64,000 nucleotides of DNA from Oceanispirochaeta sp. (GCA_963666275.2 CAXXOA010000002.1:1984001-2048000), one strand, 5' to 3'; shown: positions 46,193 to 57,225, counted from the first letter of the stretch. Translations and numbers: made by a program. Notes: generated by a model from the letters alone, not told the origin.

Positions 46193-48259
46193 CTATCCTG
46201 TGGCTATTAGGTTTTCACTGAATGGGGGAGCGCTGTTCCAGAGCTCTCTCAGTACTTTATGGGAATCATCCATCAGATGGGGATCTTTTTCAAGGATCCG
46301 GCGGACATCTTCCCGGGCGCGAAGAAGGGAATCCGTGTCTCTCACAAGATCGGCGATGTGAAGACGCATATAGCCGGACTGACGGACCCCTGTTATTTCT
46401 CCCGGACCCCGGAGCTTCAGATCCTCTTCGGCTATCCTGAATCCGTCTGTGGACTCCATTATGATTTTCAGACGCTGTTTTCCCTCGTCAGTGAGTTTAT
46501 TGCTGTAGATCAGAAATGTATAGGACTGAAGGTCACAGCGACCGACCCGTCCCCGCAGCTGGTGGAGGGCGCTCAGACCGAAGCGTTCGGCATGTTCTAT
46601 GACCATGATGGTGGCATTGGGGACATCCACGCCCACTTCCACCACGCTGGTGGCAACCAGAATATGGAGTTCCCCTCTGTTGAAGGCCTCCATGGTGGCA
46701 TCTTTTTCCTCTTCGGGGATACGGGAGTGGATCAAACCCAGCTTTCTCCCGGGAAAGGCTTTGTGAAGGTCCTCATACATGGACTGGGCGTCCTTGAGGT
46801 CCAGTTTTTCCGACTGCTCGATCAGAGGATACACAAAATAGGCCTGCCGTCCCCTGTCCAGCTCCCGGCGGACAAAGTCATAGACCTTCTGTTCATTTCC
46901 CCCCCTGGCCAGGTGGGTTTCAATGGGTTTACGCCCGGCAGGCATGGTTTTGATGGTGGATACATCCAGGTCGCCGAAGGCGGTCATCGCCAGGGTCCGG
47001 GGAATCGGCGTGGCTGTCATAAACAGCATATCCGGCTGATGCCCCTTGGAGGCCATGGCCTGTCTCTGGGCCACACCGAAGCGGTGCTGCTCATCGATCA
47101 CTGCCAGTCCCAGATCCCGGAAGATCACATCCTCTGTGAAGAGCGCATGGGTTCCTATGAGAAAGTCTATATGCCCCTCTTTCAACTCTCTAAGAAGTAT
47201 CCTTCTCCCTTCGGACTGGACATTCCCCGAAAGGAAGGCTATCCGGAGTCCCAGTTTTTCCAGGTACTTGATGGCATTTTCCGCATGCTGACGGGCCAGA
47301 AGCTCCGTCGGAGCCAGAAGGGCTGCCTGCCGGCCCGCTTCCACCATATTCAGAACGCTCAGAAAGGCGACAAGTGTTTTTCCCGAACCTACATCTCCCT
47401 GGATCAGGCGGTTCATAGGTCTGGGAGAAGCCATATCCAGGCATATCTCATCGAGCACTTTGTTCTGATCAGGAGTGAGCTCAAAGGGGAGAGATTCCCT
47501 GGCTTTGTTTTCAAGCTGCCGGGGAAGCTCCTTAAGCCCTGTTCCGGTATGCTCTCTGAGTTGGACTGCATTCTTCCCTACCGCCGTCTGAAGATGAAAG
47601 AGTTCTTCGTAAATAAAATAGGACCTGCCAGTTTCCGCTTCCTCCGGAGTTTCCGGTGTATGGATGTAACTGAGGGCCCTTTTCCTGTCGGGGAATCCGT
47701 AGCGCTCCCGTATGGAAAGAGGGAGTTCCTCCGAAAGGCCGGGCGTGTACTCCTTGAGAGCCTGGGAAACCGCTTTGCGCAGTACATTCTGATTGAGAGT
47801 GCCTCCCAGAGGGTAGACAGGAAGTATCGTTCCGAACTTTTCGGGGGTTTCGCTGAGCGGTTCGAATTCAAAGGCTCCGCACTGCCACTCTCCGTACCGG
47901 TACTGGAACTGTCCGTACACGTAGATCTCCGAATCGGGAATCAGTTTCTCCGCCAGAAAATTCCGCCCGAAACAGAGGAGGGTTCCCCGTGTGCTGTCGT
48001 CTTCTATTATCACTTTCAGGGTCATTTTTCCCTTCCAGGGAAAACTCTCCCTGCCGACCACCGTAGCCCGTGTATTGGCAGGCATGACGCCGGCGGCCTC
48101 CAGAATGGTCCGGGGGGTCTGATGATCTTCGTAGCGGGTGGGAAAATGGGAGAGGAGCTGGCCGATTGTGAGTATACCCAGGGCAGACAGAGATTTGTGA
48201 TGACCCGGACCGATCCCTTTGAGCCGGTTTACGGGCTGCCGGAGCTCCCCTTGAAACAT
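46193..48259 (-). CDS. recG: ATP-dependent DNA helicase RecG
   Basis: QGDVGSGKT, APTELLARQH, DEQHRFGV, TATPIPRT, QLRGRVGR and DLKLRGPG motifs. Confidence 0.97.
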   Translation of the reverse strand: MFQGELRQPVNRLKGIGPGHHKSLSALGILTIGQLLSHFPTRYEDHQTPRTILEAAGVMPANTRATVVGRESFPWKGKMTLKVIIEDDSTRGTLLCFGRNFLAEKLIPDSEIYVYGQFQYRYGEWQCGAFEFEPLSETPEKFGTILPVYPLGGTLNQNVLRKAVSQALKEYTPGLSEELPLSIRERYGFPDRKRALSYIHTPETPEEAETGRSYFIYEELFHLQTAVGKNAVQLREHTGTGLKELPRQLENKARESLPFELTPDQNKVLDEICLDMASPRPMNRLIQGDVGSGKTLVAFLSVLNMVEAGRQAALLAPTELLARQHAENAIKYLEKLGLRIAFLSGNVQSEGRRILLRELKEGHIDFLIGTHALFTEDVIFRDLGLAVIDEQHRFGVAQRQAMASKGHQPDMLFMTATPIPRTLAMTAFGDLDVSTIKTMPAGRKPIETHLARGGNEQKVYDFVRRELDRGRQAYFVYPLIEQSEKLDLKDAQSMYEDLHKAFPGRKLGLIHSRIPEEEKDATMEAFNRGELHILVATSVVEVGVDVPNATIMVIEHAERFGLSALHQLRGRVGRCDLQSYTFLIYSNKLTDEGKQRLKIIMESTDGFRIAEEDLKLRGPGEITGVRQSGYMRLHIADLVRDTDSLLRAREDVRRILEKDPHLMDDSHKVLRELWNSAPPFSENLIATG

Positions 48260-48267
48260 TGTGAGCT

Positions 48268-48855
48268 TTAGAGTCCCTGTATATAGCCGAGAAGGAAGGC
48301 TATGGCGAAAGACAACCCTGTCCTGACAAGGAGAAGGACAAAAGCCGAGATTCCCAGGGCTGTGGAGAATCTTGTATTTTTTGTGGTAAAGAATCCCAGA
48401 ATCCTGGAAACCACTTTATACAGCAGATTATCAATCTGAAAGAGGAACTGATGGGACCAGCCTGAAAAGAACACAACAGTGATCAGGCGGAAAACCATAA
48501 GGACGATCAATGCATCCATGAAAAAGGAGATGAATCCCCAGGCGCTGCGGATTATATAGGCCAGGATAAGACCTATTGTCAGATGCCCTGTGGCCGCCAG
48601 GGATGTGAAAATCTGCGAGACCAGACCCAGCAGAGCAATGGCCACCACCGGAGAGAAATCCAGGAAGCCGAACCGGAGCCAGGAAATATTCCGGAATTTA
48701 TTCATATAGGGATCTGTGAGTTTTATGACAATTTCCACACCCTTTCCGTTCATCCGTCCCTGAAACCAGGATAGAAGCACTCTGAAAATGATGAGAAGCA
48801 TGTAGAGCGATGTCACAGCAGAAAGTAATCGGAACACACCTTGAAGCGGGGTCAT
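48268..48855 (-). CDS. yggT: YggT-family membrane protein
   Basis: RVLLSW...LTDPY...LDFSPVVA. Confidence 0.85.
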   Translation of the reverse strand: MTPLQGVFRLLSAVTSLYMLLIIFRVLLSWFQGRMNGKGVEIVIKLTDPYMNKFRNISWLRFGFLDFSPVVAIALLGLVSQIFTSLAATGHLTIGLILAYIIRSAWGFISFFMDALIVLMVFRLITVVFFSGWSHQFLFQIDNLLYKVVSRILGFFTTKNTRFSTALGISAFVLLLVRTGLSFAIAFLLGYIQGL

Positions 48856-48943
48856 GTACCCTCCTGTTTAAAATAATCTTTCATACCAGCCGGTCCTATA
48901 AAAATACAAAGCTTTTACTGCCGGGGCAAGTCATTGGGGAGGA

Positions 48944-51900
48944 TTACTCCTTCCAGACGGATTTAACAATAGGGTATCGGTCGATTTCCTGCAAGGCTTC
49001 CGCATGGGAAGCCACTGCGAGTTGACCCGAAACTTTGATCACAACCGGGCCGTCGGGCCTTTTCAGATGCAGAAAGACCGTACTGTTTCCGTTATTATCC
49101 TGCAGGAACGAGCGGAAGTCGACAAGTTCTTCATGTTCAAAGTCCTTTTCTGCCATCTCTATGTGCACTTCACTCTGCTGAATCTCTCTCATCTCTTCGG
49201 GAACAATGACATCTTTGACCTTAAAACTGGGTTCGCTCCTGGAAAGATCCACCTGACCGATGAATCCCAGAACCCTGTCCTCTTCCAGCATATGCCCGTA
49301 CTGTTCATAGACCCGGGAGAAGAGAACGATATCAACGGTTCCCTTGAAGCCTTCCACCGTTCCGAAGGCCATTTTTGTTCCCCGTTTGGTCATGGTCTGG
49401 CGCATACCCTTTATCATCCCCAGAATGGTGTAATCCTTGTCGGGGGAGGCCCGTCTTACATTATCCAGTTTCAGGTTCACGCACTTTTTCCAGAAATACT
49501 CGTAGCTGTCCAGGGGGTGCCCGGAGAAGTAGAATCCCAGATTGTCCTTTTCGATCTGCAGGATATCCCGGCTCTCCCAGTCATCCTGAACCTCAATTTC
49601 CAGTTCCGGAGTGATCTCTTCTTCATAATCGCCGAAGAGCGAGGCCTGTCCGTACATGGAACGCTCTTTCTGGGAGTTCACAAAGTCCAGGATCCTGTCC
49701 AGATTGTGCATCAGAGTGGCCCTGTTGTAGTTTTCAATCTTGTCAAAAAGGCCCGACTGGATACTGACTTCAAGAACCTTACGGTTGACGCAGCGCAGAT
49801 CCACCCGTTCCAGCATATCCTGGAGAGATTTGAACAGGCCGTTGGCATTCCTTTCCCGGATGATTTCATCTACTGCGGAGGATCCCATTCCCTTGATACC
49901 GATCAGTCCGTAGAAGACTTTTCCGTCCACAACGTTGAAGTACTTTTCCGAGTAGTTGATGTCCGGGGGAAGGATATCAATGCCCTCTTTTCTGGCCTGC
50001 TCCATATAGAGGGTCATCTGGGTGGTGTCATTGATCTCATTGGTCAGGTTGGCCGCCCAGAATTCGGCGGGGTAGTTGGCCTTGCAGTAGGCTGTTTTAT
50101 AGGCAACCACAGAGTAGGCCGCCGCATGGGATTTATTGAAACCGTATCCTGCAAAGGGTTCCAGCATGTCGAAGATTCCCGAGGCATGTTTTTCGTCAAA
50201 CCCCTTTTCCCGGGCTCCCGCCAGGAACTCGACCTTCATCTTTTCCATGTCTTTGACTTTTTTCTTACCCATGGCCCGGCGGAGGATGTCCGCTTTACCA
50301 AGAGAGAAGCCGCCGATGATCTGGGCTACCTTCATTACCTGTTCCTGGTAGACAATAACGCCGTAGGTCGGGGTGAGAAGCTCTTCCAGAGTGGGATCGG
50401 GGAACTTGATGGAGGCGGGGTTTTTCTTCCCCTCGATAAACTGGGGAATAAACTGCATGGGCCCCGGCCGGTAGAGGGCGTTCAAAGCGATCAGGTCCTC
50501 TATGTTATTGGGCCTGGCCCGGCGGAGGATATCCTGCATTCCCGAGGATTCAAACTGGAACACCGCCGTACTTTTTCCCTCGCTGAGCATTTCAAAGGTC
50601 TTTTTATCGTCATCGGGCACATCGTCCACGTTGAAATCGGGGATTTTCTTCTGTACGAGCCTTTCGATGTTCTTCAGAAGGGTCAGGGTTTTCAGTCCCA
50701 GAAAGTCCATCTTAACAAGACCGCAGGGTTCGATGATATCCATGGTGAACTCGGTCGTGATTTCACCGGTCTTCTGATCCTTGTAGAGAGGGACATAGTC
50801 GGTAAGGATCGAGTTCCCGATGACCTTACCGCAGGCATGGGTGGATATATGGCGGTTCATTCCCTCCAGAACCTGAGCCACATCAAATAGCTCTTTATAA
50901 GCTCCGCCCCGGTCGTAAAACTCTTTCAGTTTGGGCTCCACTTCCAGAGCCACGGCTGCGTTGATTTTCCGGCCGTCGGGAGTTTTGCCTTCGGGGACCA
51001 GCTTGGTGATCGCATTGGATTCGCCGAAGGGAATATCCAGAACCCTGGCCACATCTTTCAGTACCGCTTTGGTTTTCAGGGTTCCGAAGGTACAGATCCC
51101 CCCCACCTGGTCATGACCGTATTTCCGGTTCACATATTCGATAACCTCGCCCCGCCGTTCGAAGCAGAAGTCGATATCAAAGTCAGGCATGGAAACTCGT
51201 TCAGGGTTGAGAAACCGCTCAAAAAGAAGATCATATTTCAGGGGGTCGATGTCGGTGATACCCATGGCATAGGCAATGATGGATCCCGCTCCGGAGCCAC
51301 GTCCGGGGCCAACAGGGATATCGTGGGTCCGGGCCCAGTGTATGAAGTCCCATACAATGAGGAAGTATCCTTCGAATCCCATGCCCAGAAGAATCTCAAG
51401 TTCATAGGCCACCCGTTTTTCTATGACCTCCGTAACCGTTTCGTACCTGTTTTTGATTCCCTCCCAGGTCAGATGGGTCAGGTATTCCGCCTGGGTTTTA
51501 AAGTTATCGGGGATCACATATTCCGGAAGGATCGGACCGGGCTGGGGTATGGTGAGATCGCATTTCTCGGCCAGGCGGACTGTGTTTTCCAGAGCTCCCG
51601 GGATATCACCGAAGAGTTCCTGCATCTGTTCGGGAGTTTTGAAATACATCTCGGTTTTATCCATCTTGAAGCGTTTTTCATCATCCAGTTTCTTTCCGGT
51701 ACCGATACAGACCAGGATGTCCTGGGCCCGGGCATGCTCTTTTTTCAGATAGTGGATATCGTTGGTGGCTATGACGGGGATTCCTGTTTCGGCATGGAGC
51801 TTTTTGATCCCTTCAATCACGATTTTCTCTTCCGGGATATCGTGGTCCATCACTTCCAGATAGAAATTTCCCTCTCCGAAGAGCTGATTGTAGTAAAGGG

Positions 51901-52369
51901 CTTTCTCTTTGGCTTTGTCGTACTCTCCCGCCACCAGATACCGGGGGATCTCTCCTCCCAGACAGGCGGTGGAGCAGATCAGGCCTTCGTGGTACTTTTC
52001 CAGAAGTTCATCGTCGATCCGGGGCCGGTAGTAGAATCCTTCGGAGTATCCTTTGGAAACCAGAACCATCAGATTCCTGTAACCCGTTTCGTTTTTGCAG
52101 TAAAGTACCATGTGAAAGTTTTTATACCCGGTGGTCTGTTTTTCAAACCGGGTTGTGGGAGAGACATAGACTTCGCAGCCAACGACGGGATTGATACCGG
52201 CGCCATGGCAGGCCTGTTCAAACCGCAGGGCTCCGAACAGATTCCCGTGGTCTGTGAGTCCCAGGTGTTTCATCCCCATTTCCTGGGCCATTTCAATGTA
52301 CTTGGGGATCCGGGCAGCGCCGTCCAGTAGAGAATAATCCGAATGGTTATGAAGATGAACGAATTCCAA
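48944..52369 (-). CDS. dnaE: DNA polymerase III alpha subunit
   Basis: TTG start follows GGAGG. FVHLHNHSDYSLLDG, GPGRGSGAGS, PDFDIDF and YGFNKSH motifs. Confidence 0.97.
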   Translation of the reverse strand: MEFVHLHNHSDYSLLDGAARIPKYIEMAQEMGMKHLGLTDHGNLFGALRFEQACHGAGINPVVGCEVYVSPTTRFEKQTTGYKNFHMVLYCKNETGYRNLMVLVSKGYSEGFYYRPRIDDELLEKYHEGLICSTACLGGEIPRYLVAGEYDKAKEKALYYNQLFGEGNFYLEVMDHDIPEEKIVIEGIKKLHAETGIPVIATNDIHYLKKEHARAQDILVCIGTGKKLDDEKRFKMDKTEMYFKTPEQMQELFGDIPGALENTVRLAEKCDLTIPQPGPILPEYVIPDNFKTQAEYLTHLTWEGIKNRYETVTEVIEKRVAYELEILLGMGFEGYFLIVWDFIHWARTHDIPVGPGRGSGAGSIIAYAMGITDIDPLKYDLLFERFLNPERVSMPDFDIDFCFERRGEVIEYVNRKYGHDQVGGICTFGTLKTKAVLKDVARVLDIPFGESNAITKLVPEGKTPDGRKINAAVALEVEPKLKEFYDRGGAYKELFDVAQVLEGMNRHISTHACGKVIGNSILTDYVPLYKDQKTGEITTEFTMDIIEPCGLVKMDFLGLKTLTLLKNIERLVQKKIPDFNVDDVPDDDKKTFEMLSEGKSTAVFQFESSGMQDILRRARPNNIEDLIALNALYRPGPMQFIPQFIEGKKNPASIKFPDPTLEELLTPTYGVIVYQEQVMKVAQIIGGFSLGKADILRRAMGKKKVKDMEKMKVEFLAGAREKGFDEKHASGIFDMLEPFAGYGFNKSHAAAYSVVAYKTAYCKANYPAEFWAANLTNEINDTTQMTLYMEQARKEGIDILPPDINYSEKYFNVVDGKVFYGLIGIKGMGSSAVDEIIRERNANGLFKSLQDMLERVDLRCVNRKVLEVSIQSGLFDKIENYNRATLMHNLDRILDFVNSQKERSMYGQASLFGDYEEEITPELEIEVQDDWESRDILQIEKDNLGFYFSGHPLDSYEYFWKKCVNLKLDNVRRASPDKDYTILGMIKGMRQTMTKRGTKMAFGTVEGFKGTVDIVLFSRVYEQYGHMLEEDRVLGFIGQVDLSRSEPSFKVKDVIVPEEMREIQQSEVHIEMAEKDFEHEELVDFRSFLQDNNGNSTVFLHLKRPDGPVVIKVSGQLAVASHAEALQEIDRYPIVKSVWKE

Positions 52370-52434
52370 AAAAAGCCTCCCAACTCTCAATGCTGCAGAA
52401 AGTATAATATCCTTGGGAGGATTTTTGAATCACC

Positions 52435-52687
52435 TATCCGGGGAAATTGATCTGTTTCTCGGGAAAAAGTGTTATTCGTAAATTTGCGAATATTATTGTA
52501 TAATCCTCCGCTGTTTCACTTATTCCTGCTTGTACAGGATTGCTGGTGATGTAATTGAACGTGTTGATCCATTGAAGGAAACTCCGGACTCTTTTACTTC
52601 ATCTGATTCAAAGATAAATTCCCCTCTGTTGGATTTTGCCGTTACATGGTAGGTGGCACCCTGACGGGTTAATCTAGGTTTTCTCAT
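52435..52687 (-). pseudogene. Internally deleted REP-associated tyrosine transposase (RAYT/Y1 HUH) remnant
   Basis: AAGGAAGG-ATG at 52687 gives MRKPRLTRQGATYHVTAKSNRGEFIFESD (RAYT N-terminus). A shifted frame gives FNYITSNPVQAGISETAEDY (RAYT catalytic Y..NPV.AG motif). The central HUH segment is absent. Confidence 0.75.
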
Positions 52688-52754
52688 AACCTTCCTTACT
52701 TGTAATATGCGAAGGGTGCTTGAAAAAATCAGGAAAAAATAATTTTTTATAACC

Positions 52755-52787
52755 TCCGTCCCCTTTCTCGCTTCCGTCCCCTTTCTC
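52755..52787. repeat. Two 15-bp direct repeats upstream of the RAYT remnant
   Basis: TCCGTCCCCTTTCTC at 52755 and 52773. Confidence 0.7.
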
Positions 52788-52945
52788 CCTTTCTTCTTTC
52801 GATTATTTCCTTGGAAATTCCCTGTCCTGTCTTTTGCAAATCCCCTTGTATTGGATTAGATTTATATAAAGTTAAAAAAAAAAATCATCAGATTCCGGTC
52901 TCGCTTTTATTCGTTCGGGAAATACCCGGTAGGTTTGCGGTAGAT

Positions 52946-54841
52946 ATGGAAAGAAATTCTGAGATAAACAGTGTCTCTGACGTCTCCTCTTATGCAGAGC
53001 TGGAATCTTTTTTTGATTTTTCACTGGACCTTTTATGCATCGCAGAAGTCGACAGTTCCAGATTCCTCAAAGTCAACAATAAGTGGTCCGAACTTCTGGG
53101 ATATTCAAAAGAGGAGATCATCAACCGTTCCTTTATGGATTTTATTCATCCCGATGATGTGGACAGTACTGTCCAGGCTATGGCAAAACTGAGCGTTCAG
53201 AATCCTGTGGTTGATTTTACAAACCGCTACCGCCGTAAAGACGGATCCTACCGTTGGCTCCAATGGCACTCCTATCCCCGGAATAATCTCATCTACGCTG
53301 TTGCCAGGGATGTTACGGATCAGAGAATAAGGGAGAACAGGATAAAAGCGGAAGAGAAGAAATATCGCCTGCTTTTTGACAACATGCCCAGTGGTTTTGC
53401 TCTTCATGAGATGATCTATGATAAGCAGAATACGCCGGTGGACTACAGGTTTCTTGAAGTCAATTCCACTTTTACAGAACTGACCGGTTTTGAAGGTAAA
53501 ATGCTCGAAGGGACTCTTGTAAGTCAGCTCATACCTGATGATTATACAAAATGGGTTGAGATCTATGTCCCTGTTGTTCAGGAGGGAAAAACCATAAAAT
53601 TCCGGTATCAGTCTGATAAGGCGACAAGAGTTTTTGACATAATTGCCTTTGCTTCCGAGAAAGGGAAGTTCGCCACTATTCTTGTTGATATGACAGAACA
53701 GATCCGGAGTCAGAGCCGGTGGATTGAATCAGAAAAAATGGAAGCCATCGGACGTCTGGCCGGTGGTGTGGCCCATGATTTCAATAACCAGCTGGGAGGA
53801 ATCCAGGGGTATGCGGATCTGCTGGATCAGGAACTTCAGGATCCCAAATTAAAAAAATATGCCGGAGAAATCCTTAAAATCACTGAAAATGCGGCAGAAC
53901 TGAGCCGGTCTCTTCTCAATTATTCCCGGAAAGAGCCGGCGAAAAAGACTTTGTTGAATATGGAAACTATTCTGATGGAAGTTATCAGCCTTCTGGAGCG
54001 GACTATCAATAAGAAGATTGAAATACAGAAAAACATCGCTGCAGAGGAGCCCATTATCCGGGGAGATGCCTCGCAGATTCAGAATGCCCTTTTGAATCTG
54101 GGAATAAATGGCAGTGATGCCATGTCCGATGGAGGAATACTCAGATTCAAAATTGAGAAAATTCTGATAGATGAGCTTTCCTCCTATTATCAGGTCCCTG
54201 CCGGAGAATATCTTGAGGTCTCCATTTCCGATACGGGAGAGGGGATGGAACAGGATATGGTAAAAAAAATTTTTGAACCCTTTTTTACAACCAAGGAGAA
54301 AGGCCGGGGAACCGGATTGGGACTGGCTACTGTCTATAATACAGTAAAAATCCATGGAGGCGACATTACTGTGTATTCCGAAACCGGCAAGGGGACCCAG
54401 TTCAATCTCTATTTTCCTGTGGCTGAAAAAGAATCTGCAGCGGATGAATCTACCGGAGGGGCTGTTCCTCAGAGCAGAGGTTCGGGAGAGTCTATTCTGA
54501 TTGTGGATGATGAATATTCAGTTGCGACGGTACTCAGTGTCTTTCTTACGAATATGGGGTATTTCCCTCAGGTATTTACCCGTCCCGTTGAAGCTCTGGA
54601 ATATTACAGGAAGAACTGGCAGAAAACAGATCTGGTGATTCTGGATATGATGATGCCCCAGATGAACGGGCAGGAGCTGCTCAATGGCATGAGGGACATT
54701 AATCCTGAGGTAAAGGCAATCCTCTCCTCAGGATTTCACAATACGGAAAACGGCAAACTCAAATCTTTCAGGGGGATTCTGAAAAAACCCTTCCGCAGCA
54801 ATGAACTGGCGGCTGTATGCTGGAAGGTTCTGCACGAGTAG
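52946..54841 (+). CDS. Cytoplasmic PAS-PAS hybrid histidine kinase / receiver
   Basis: Probable ATG at 52946. FIHPDD PAS motif, AHDFNN H-box, DTGEG, FFTTK, GTGLGL, and receiver IVDDE/LDMMMP/KPF. Confidence 0.93.
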   Translation: MERNSEINSVSDVSSYAELESFFDFSLDLLCIAEVDSSRFLKVNNKWSELLGYSKEEIINRSFMDFIHPDDVDSTVQAMAKLSVQNPVVDFTNRYRRKDGSYRWLQWHSYPRNNLIYAVARDVTDQRIRENRIKAEEKKYRLLFDNMPSGFALHEMIYDKQNTPVDYRFLEVNSTFTELTGFEGKMLEGTLVSQLIPDDYTKWVEIYVPVVQEGKTIKFRYQSDKATRVFDIIAFASEKGKFATILVDMTEQIRSQSRWIESEKMEAIGRLAGGVAHDFNNQLGGIQGYADLLDQELQDPKLKKYAGEILKITENAAELSRSLLNYSRKEPAKKTLLNMETILMEVISLLERTINKKIEIQKNIAAEEPIIRGDASQIQNALLNLGINGSDAMSDGGILRFKIEKILIDELSSYYQVPAGEYLEVSISDTGEGMEQDMVKKIFEPFFTTKEKGRGTGLGLATVYNTVKIHGGDITVYSETGKGTQFNLYFPVAEKESAADESTGGAVPQSRGSGESILIVDDEYSVATVLSVFLTNMGYFPQVFTRPVEALEYYRKNWQKTDLVILDMMMPQMNGQELLNGMRDINPEVKAILSSGFHNTENGKLKSFRGILKKPFRSNELAAVCWKVLHE

Positions 54842-54855
54842 GATGACCGCTGAAA

Positions 54856-55386
54856 TCAGCTTTTCTCTTTCTCCAGCTTGAACTGTTTGATGAATCGGGT
54901 CTGTTCGCTTGTAATATTCACAAGCATATTGTTTTTGACATGACTTATAGCCTCTTCGGGAGAGCATCCTGTTAGGGTCATATAAATGCAGCTCACAGCC
55001 AGAGAGGTCCTTCCGACTCCCGCATGACAGTGGACAAGGAGGTTCTGTTTTTTTTCCAGCCTGTCCAGAGCTTCTTCTACAAGATGCTGTATCACATCTC
55101 CCGAGGGGGCCTGGAAATCTTCAATGATATAGCGGGAATAGGTAATCCCTCTTTTCTCATACTCCTGCAGGAGAGGTTTTCGGGCTTTTTTCTCCAGTTC
55201 CCTGTCTGTCACCAGAGAGAACACATGATCGATCTTATGCAGTTTATAGATCTTGAAAAGCCTGTTCCTTTTGTCATAGGCTCCGGTGGGCATGGGGCTT
55301 GTAAAGAGTTTTCCCGGGGATTTCATGGGGATTTCTCTGAATATACCGGAATCATTCCTCAGAGAGAGGGCTCTGAACAGTTTCAT
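54856..55386 (-). CDS. Dual-specificity / protein-tyrosine phosphatase
   Basis: IEDFQAP acid loop and VHCHAGVGRT CX5R motif. Confidence 0.9.
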   Translation of the reverse strand: MKLFRALSLRNDSGIFREIPMKSPGKLFTSPMPTGAYDKRNRLFKIYKLHKIDHVFSLVTDRELEKKARKPLLQEYEKRGITYSRYIIEDFQAPSGDVIQHLVEEALDRLEKKQNLLVHCHAGVGRTSLAVSCIYMTLTGCSPEEAISHVKNNMLVNITSEQTRFIKQFKLEKEKS

Positions 55387-55543
55387 ATGTATTCTCCTGA
55401 TGCCATAAATATAAGCCTTCCAATTGATAGTGTCCTGAAAGGATACATTTTTTGACGATGTTCCCCAAGATCTCCGGTGAGGGGGAGGACGGGAAAATCA
55501 GGAAAATTCGTTTTTTTACAAAAAGGGTGTAAACTGTCTCAAC

Positions 55544-55765
55544 ATGGTTTCAATCACTTGTGAATTCTGTGATGTTTTGAATATCGTGAGTCTTCTGGAA
55601 GAGGATCACACCCCCCTGGATCCCTCTCTGGCTGAGAGACTGATACGGTATTACTGCAATAATCCTGATGTGGATAACAGTTACTGCCGCAATCAGGGGG
55701 AAAAGGAAAAATGTTCCTTTCATTCTATGCTGAACATGAGCACGGATATTCTGAAAAAGGAGTAG
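55544..55765 (+). CDS. Small Cys-containing hypothetical protein
   Basis: 73-aa ORF filling an intergenic gap, with CEFC, YYC and YC; possible -10 TAAACT 8 nt before the ATG. Confidence 0.45.
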   Translation: MVSITCEFCDVLNIVSLLEEDHTPLDPSLAERLIRYYCNNPDVDNSYCRNQGEKEKCSFHSMLNMSTDILKKE

Positions 55766-55784
55766 TCAGGACCTGTCAGGCTTA

Positions 55785-56822
55785 CTATATTTGTGCTTTC
55801 CTGATTTTTTTATCCATGTATAGTCGTTAGTCCGCAATCTGAAGAACTTCTTCAAATGTGAGGTCCTTTCTGGAAGCGATACCGAAACTGACGGAGAAAT
55901 TCTGAGCACTGTACTGTTTTGAGTATTCATTGAAAGCTTTTTCCAGTCTCTCATACTGCTCCCGTGATTCTGTTTCATTTGTATTGGGAAGGATTATCAG
56001 GAATTCATCTCCTCCGTAGCGCGCGCATATGTCATAGCTTCGAATGTTTTTCTGAATGATCCGGGCAATCTCCACAAGCACTTTGTCGCCTTCCAGATGG
56101 CCCAGTTCATCGTTGATCCTTTTGAAATTGTTCAGATCCATAAATATCACAGAGGGGGCGGTCCCATCCCGTCTGGCCCGGTTGAATTCCATTTCGGCAA
56201 AGCTGTCTATATAGCGTTTATTGTAAAGATTCGTGAGGGCGTCGGTGATGCTGATATTCTCCAGTTGTTTATAGTGCGCCGAGTACTGCTTCATAATATA
56301 GATGAGGGTTGTCATGACAAACAGAGAAATAATGGCATAGTTGATGGAAAGATCCAGAAGTCTCTGGTCTCTGGAGGGAAACCTGGGAAAAAGCCCGGGG
56401 TAATACTTTTCTATCTGCAGGAGTACCACCTGTTCAATGATGGCGGCAAGGGGAAATACAGCCTCCCATCGTTTCACTGCGATCACCGAGCCCAGAAAAA
56501 TTACAAAAAATGTGATATAGGGCATGACGCCGTCCGCTCCGGGAGAGGTCAGATATCCGAAAGGGATGTAGAGCAGGCTTATGACCGCAAGGAACGAAAC
56601 CCTTGAGAGAGTATAGTTTTCATGATTTCCCGAAAAGATTAGCCAGAGTAGGCAGAAAAGGATAATCAGGATGACTGAAATTGTATTTATAAGAGGGCTA
56701 TGAGTCAGGATCTGGGAAATAAGAAAAACGAATCCCAGACCCATTATGAACTTAAGATATATCCGGAAAAGAGCGTACTGGATATCCTGACTGAGCTTAT
56801 CATCAAGGATCTTCTCTAGCAT
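55785..56822 (-). pseudogene. Membrane-bound diguanylate cyclase (GGDEF) with a premature TAA at 55827-55829
   Basis: ATG at 56822 follows CAGGAG. TDALT.LYN, DLNNFK.IND.LGH..GD and RYGGDEF motifs; the frame continues AD*RLYMDKKIRKAQI* to 55785. Confidence 0.8.
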
Positions 56823-56981
56823 CGATTTAACTCCTGAATACAGTCTAGTTATCTTTGTTTTCCATAGCAATCAATTCCTGATAGAAAATATCAGAGATCT
56901 CTCTTTCTGGCGTTTCCCTGCTTCTGCCTCTTTTCTATTTACCTGTATCTTTTTATCATAAACGGGAAGGATGGAGTAGCT

Positions 56982-57224
56982 ATGAGTATGGAAGGTCTGG
57001 AGCTTATTAAAAAAGCCGAAGGGCTTTATCGGGAAGCCCGTGATAAGTATGATTCGGGAGATCTCGTTGGGGCACTGGCTGATGCTGTGAAATCGGTAGA
57101 GATACAGAAGGACATCGCCCGCCTGAGTGAAATGCCTTTTTTCGGTTCCGATTCAGAGTTCCTGAGGCAGGAGATTCTGGAGAAAATGGGACACAAAGCG
57201 GAAGATCCCGCACCAGGAGAATAA
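56982..57224 (+). CDS. Small hypothetical protein (helical, TPR-like)
   Basis: GGAG RBS, 80 aa, adjacent to the adh start. Confidence 0.6.
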   Translation: MSMEGLELIKKAEGLYREARDKYDSGDLVGALADAVKSVEIQKDIARLSEMPFFGSDSEFLRQEILEKMGHKAEDPAPGE

Positions 57225-57225
57225 C

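Noticed and set aside
46259..52330. Long + strand ORFs (670, 628 and 405 aa) opposite recG and dnaE
   Set aside because: These are antisense shadows of conserved genes caused by codon bias and carry no recognisable motifs.
55766..55978. 70-aa ORF as a frameshifted continuation of the GGDEF gene
   Set aside because: The conserved RLYMDKK continuation is in the original frame after the TAA, so no frameshift is needed.
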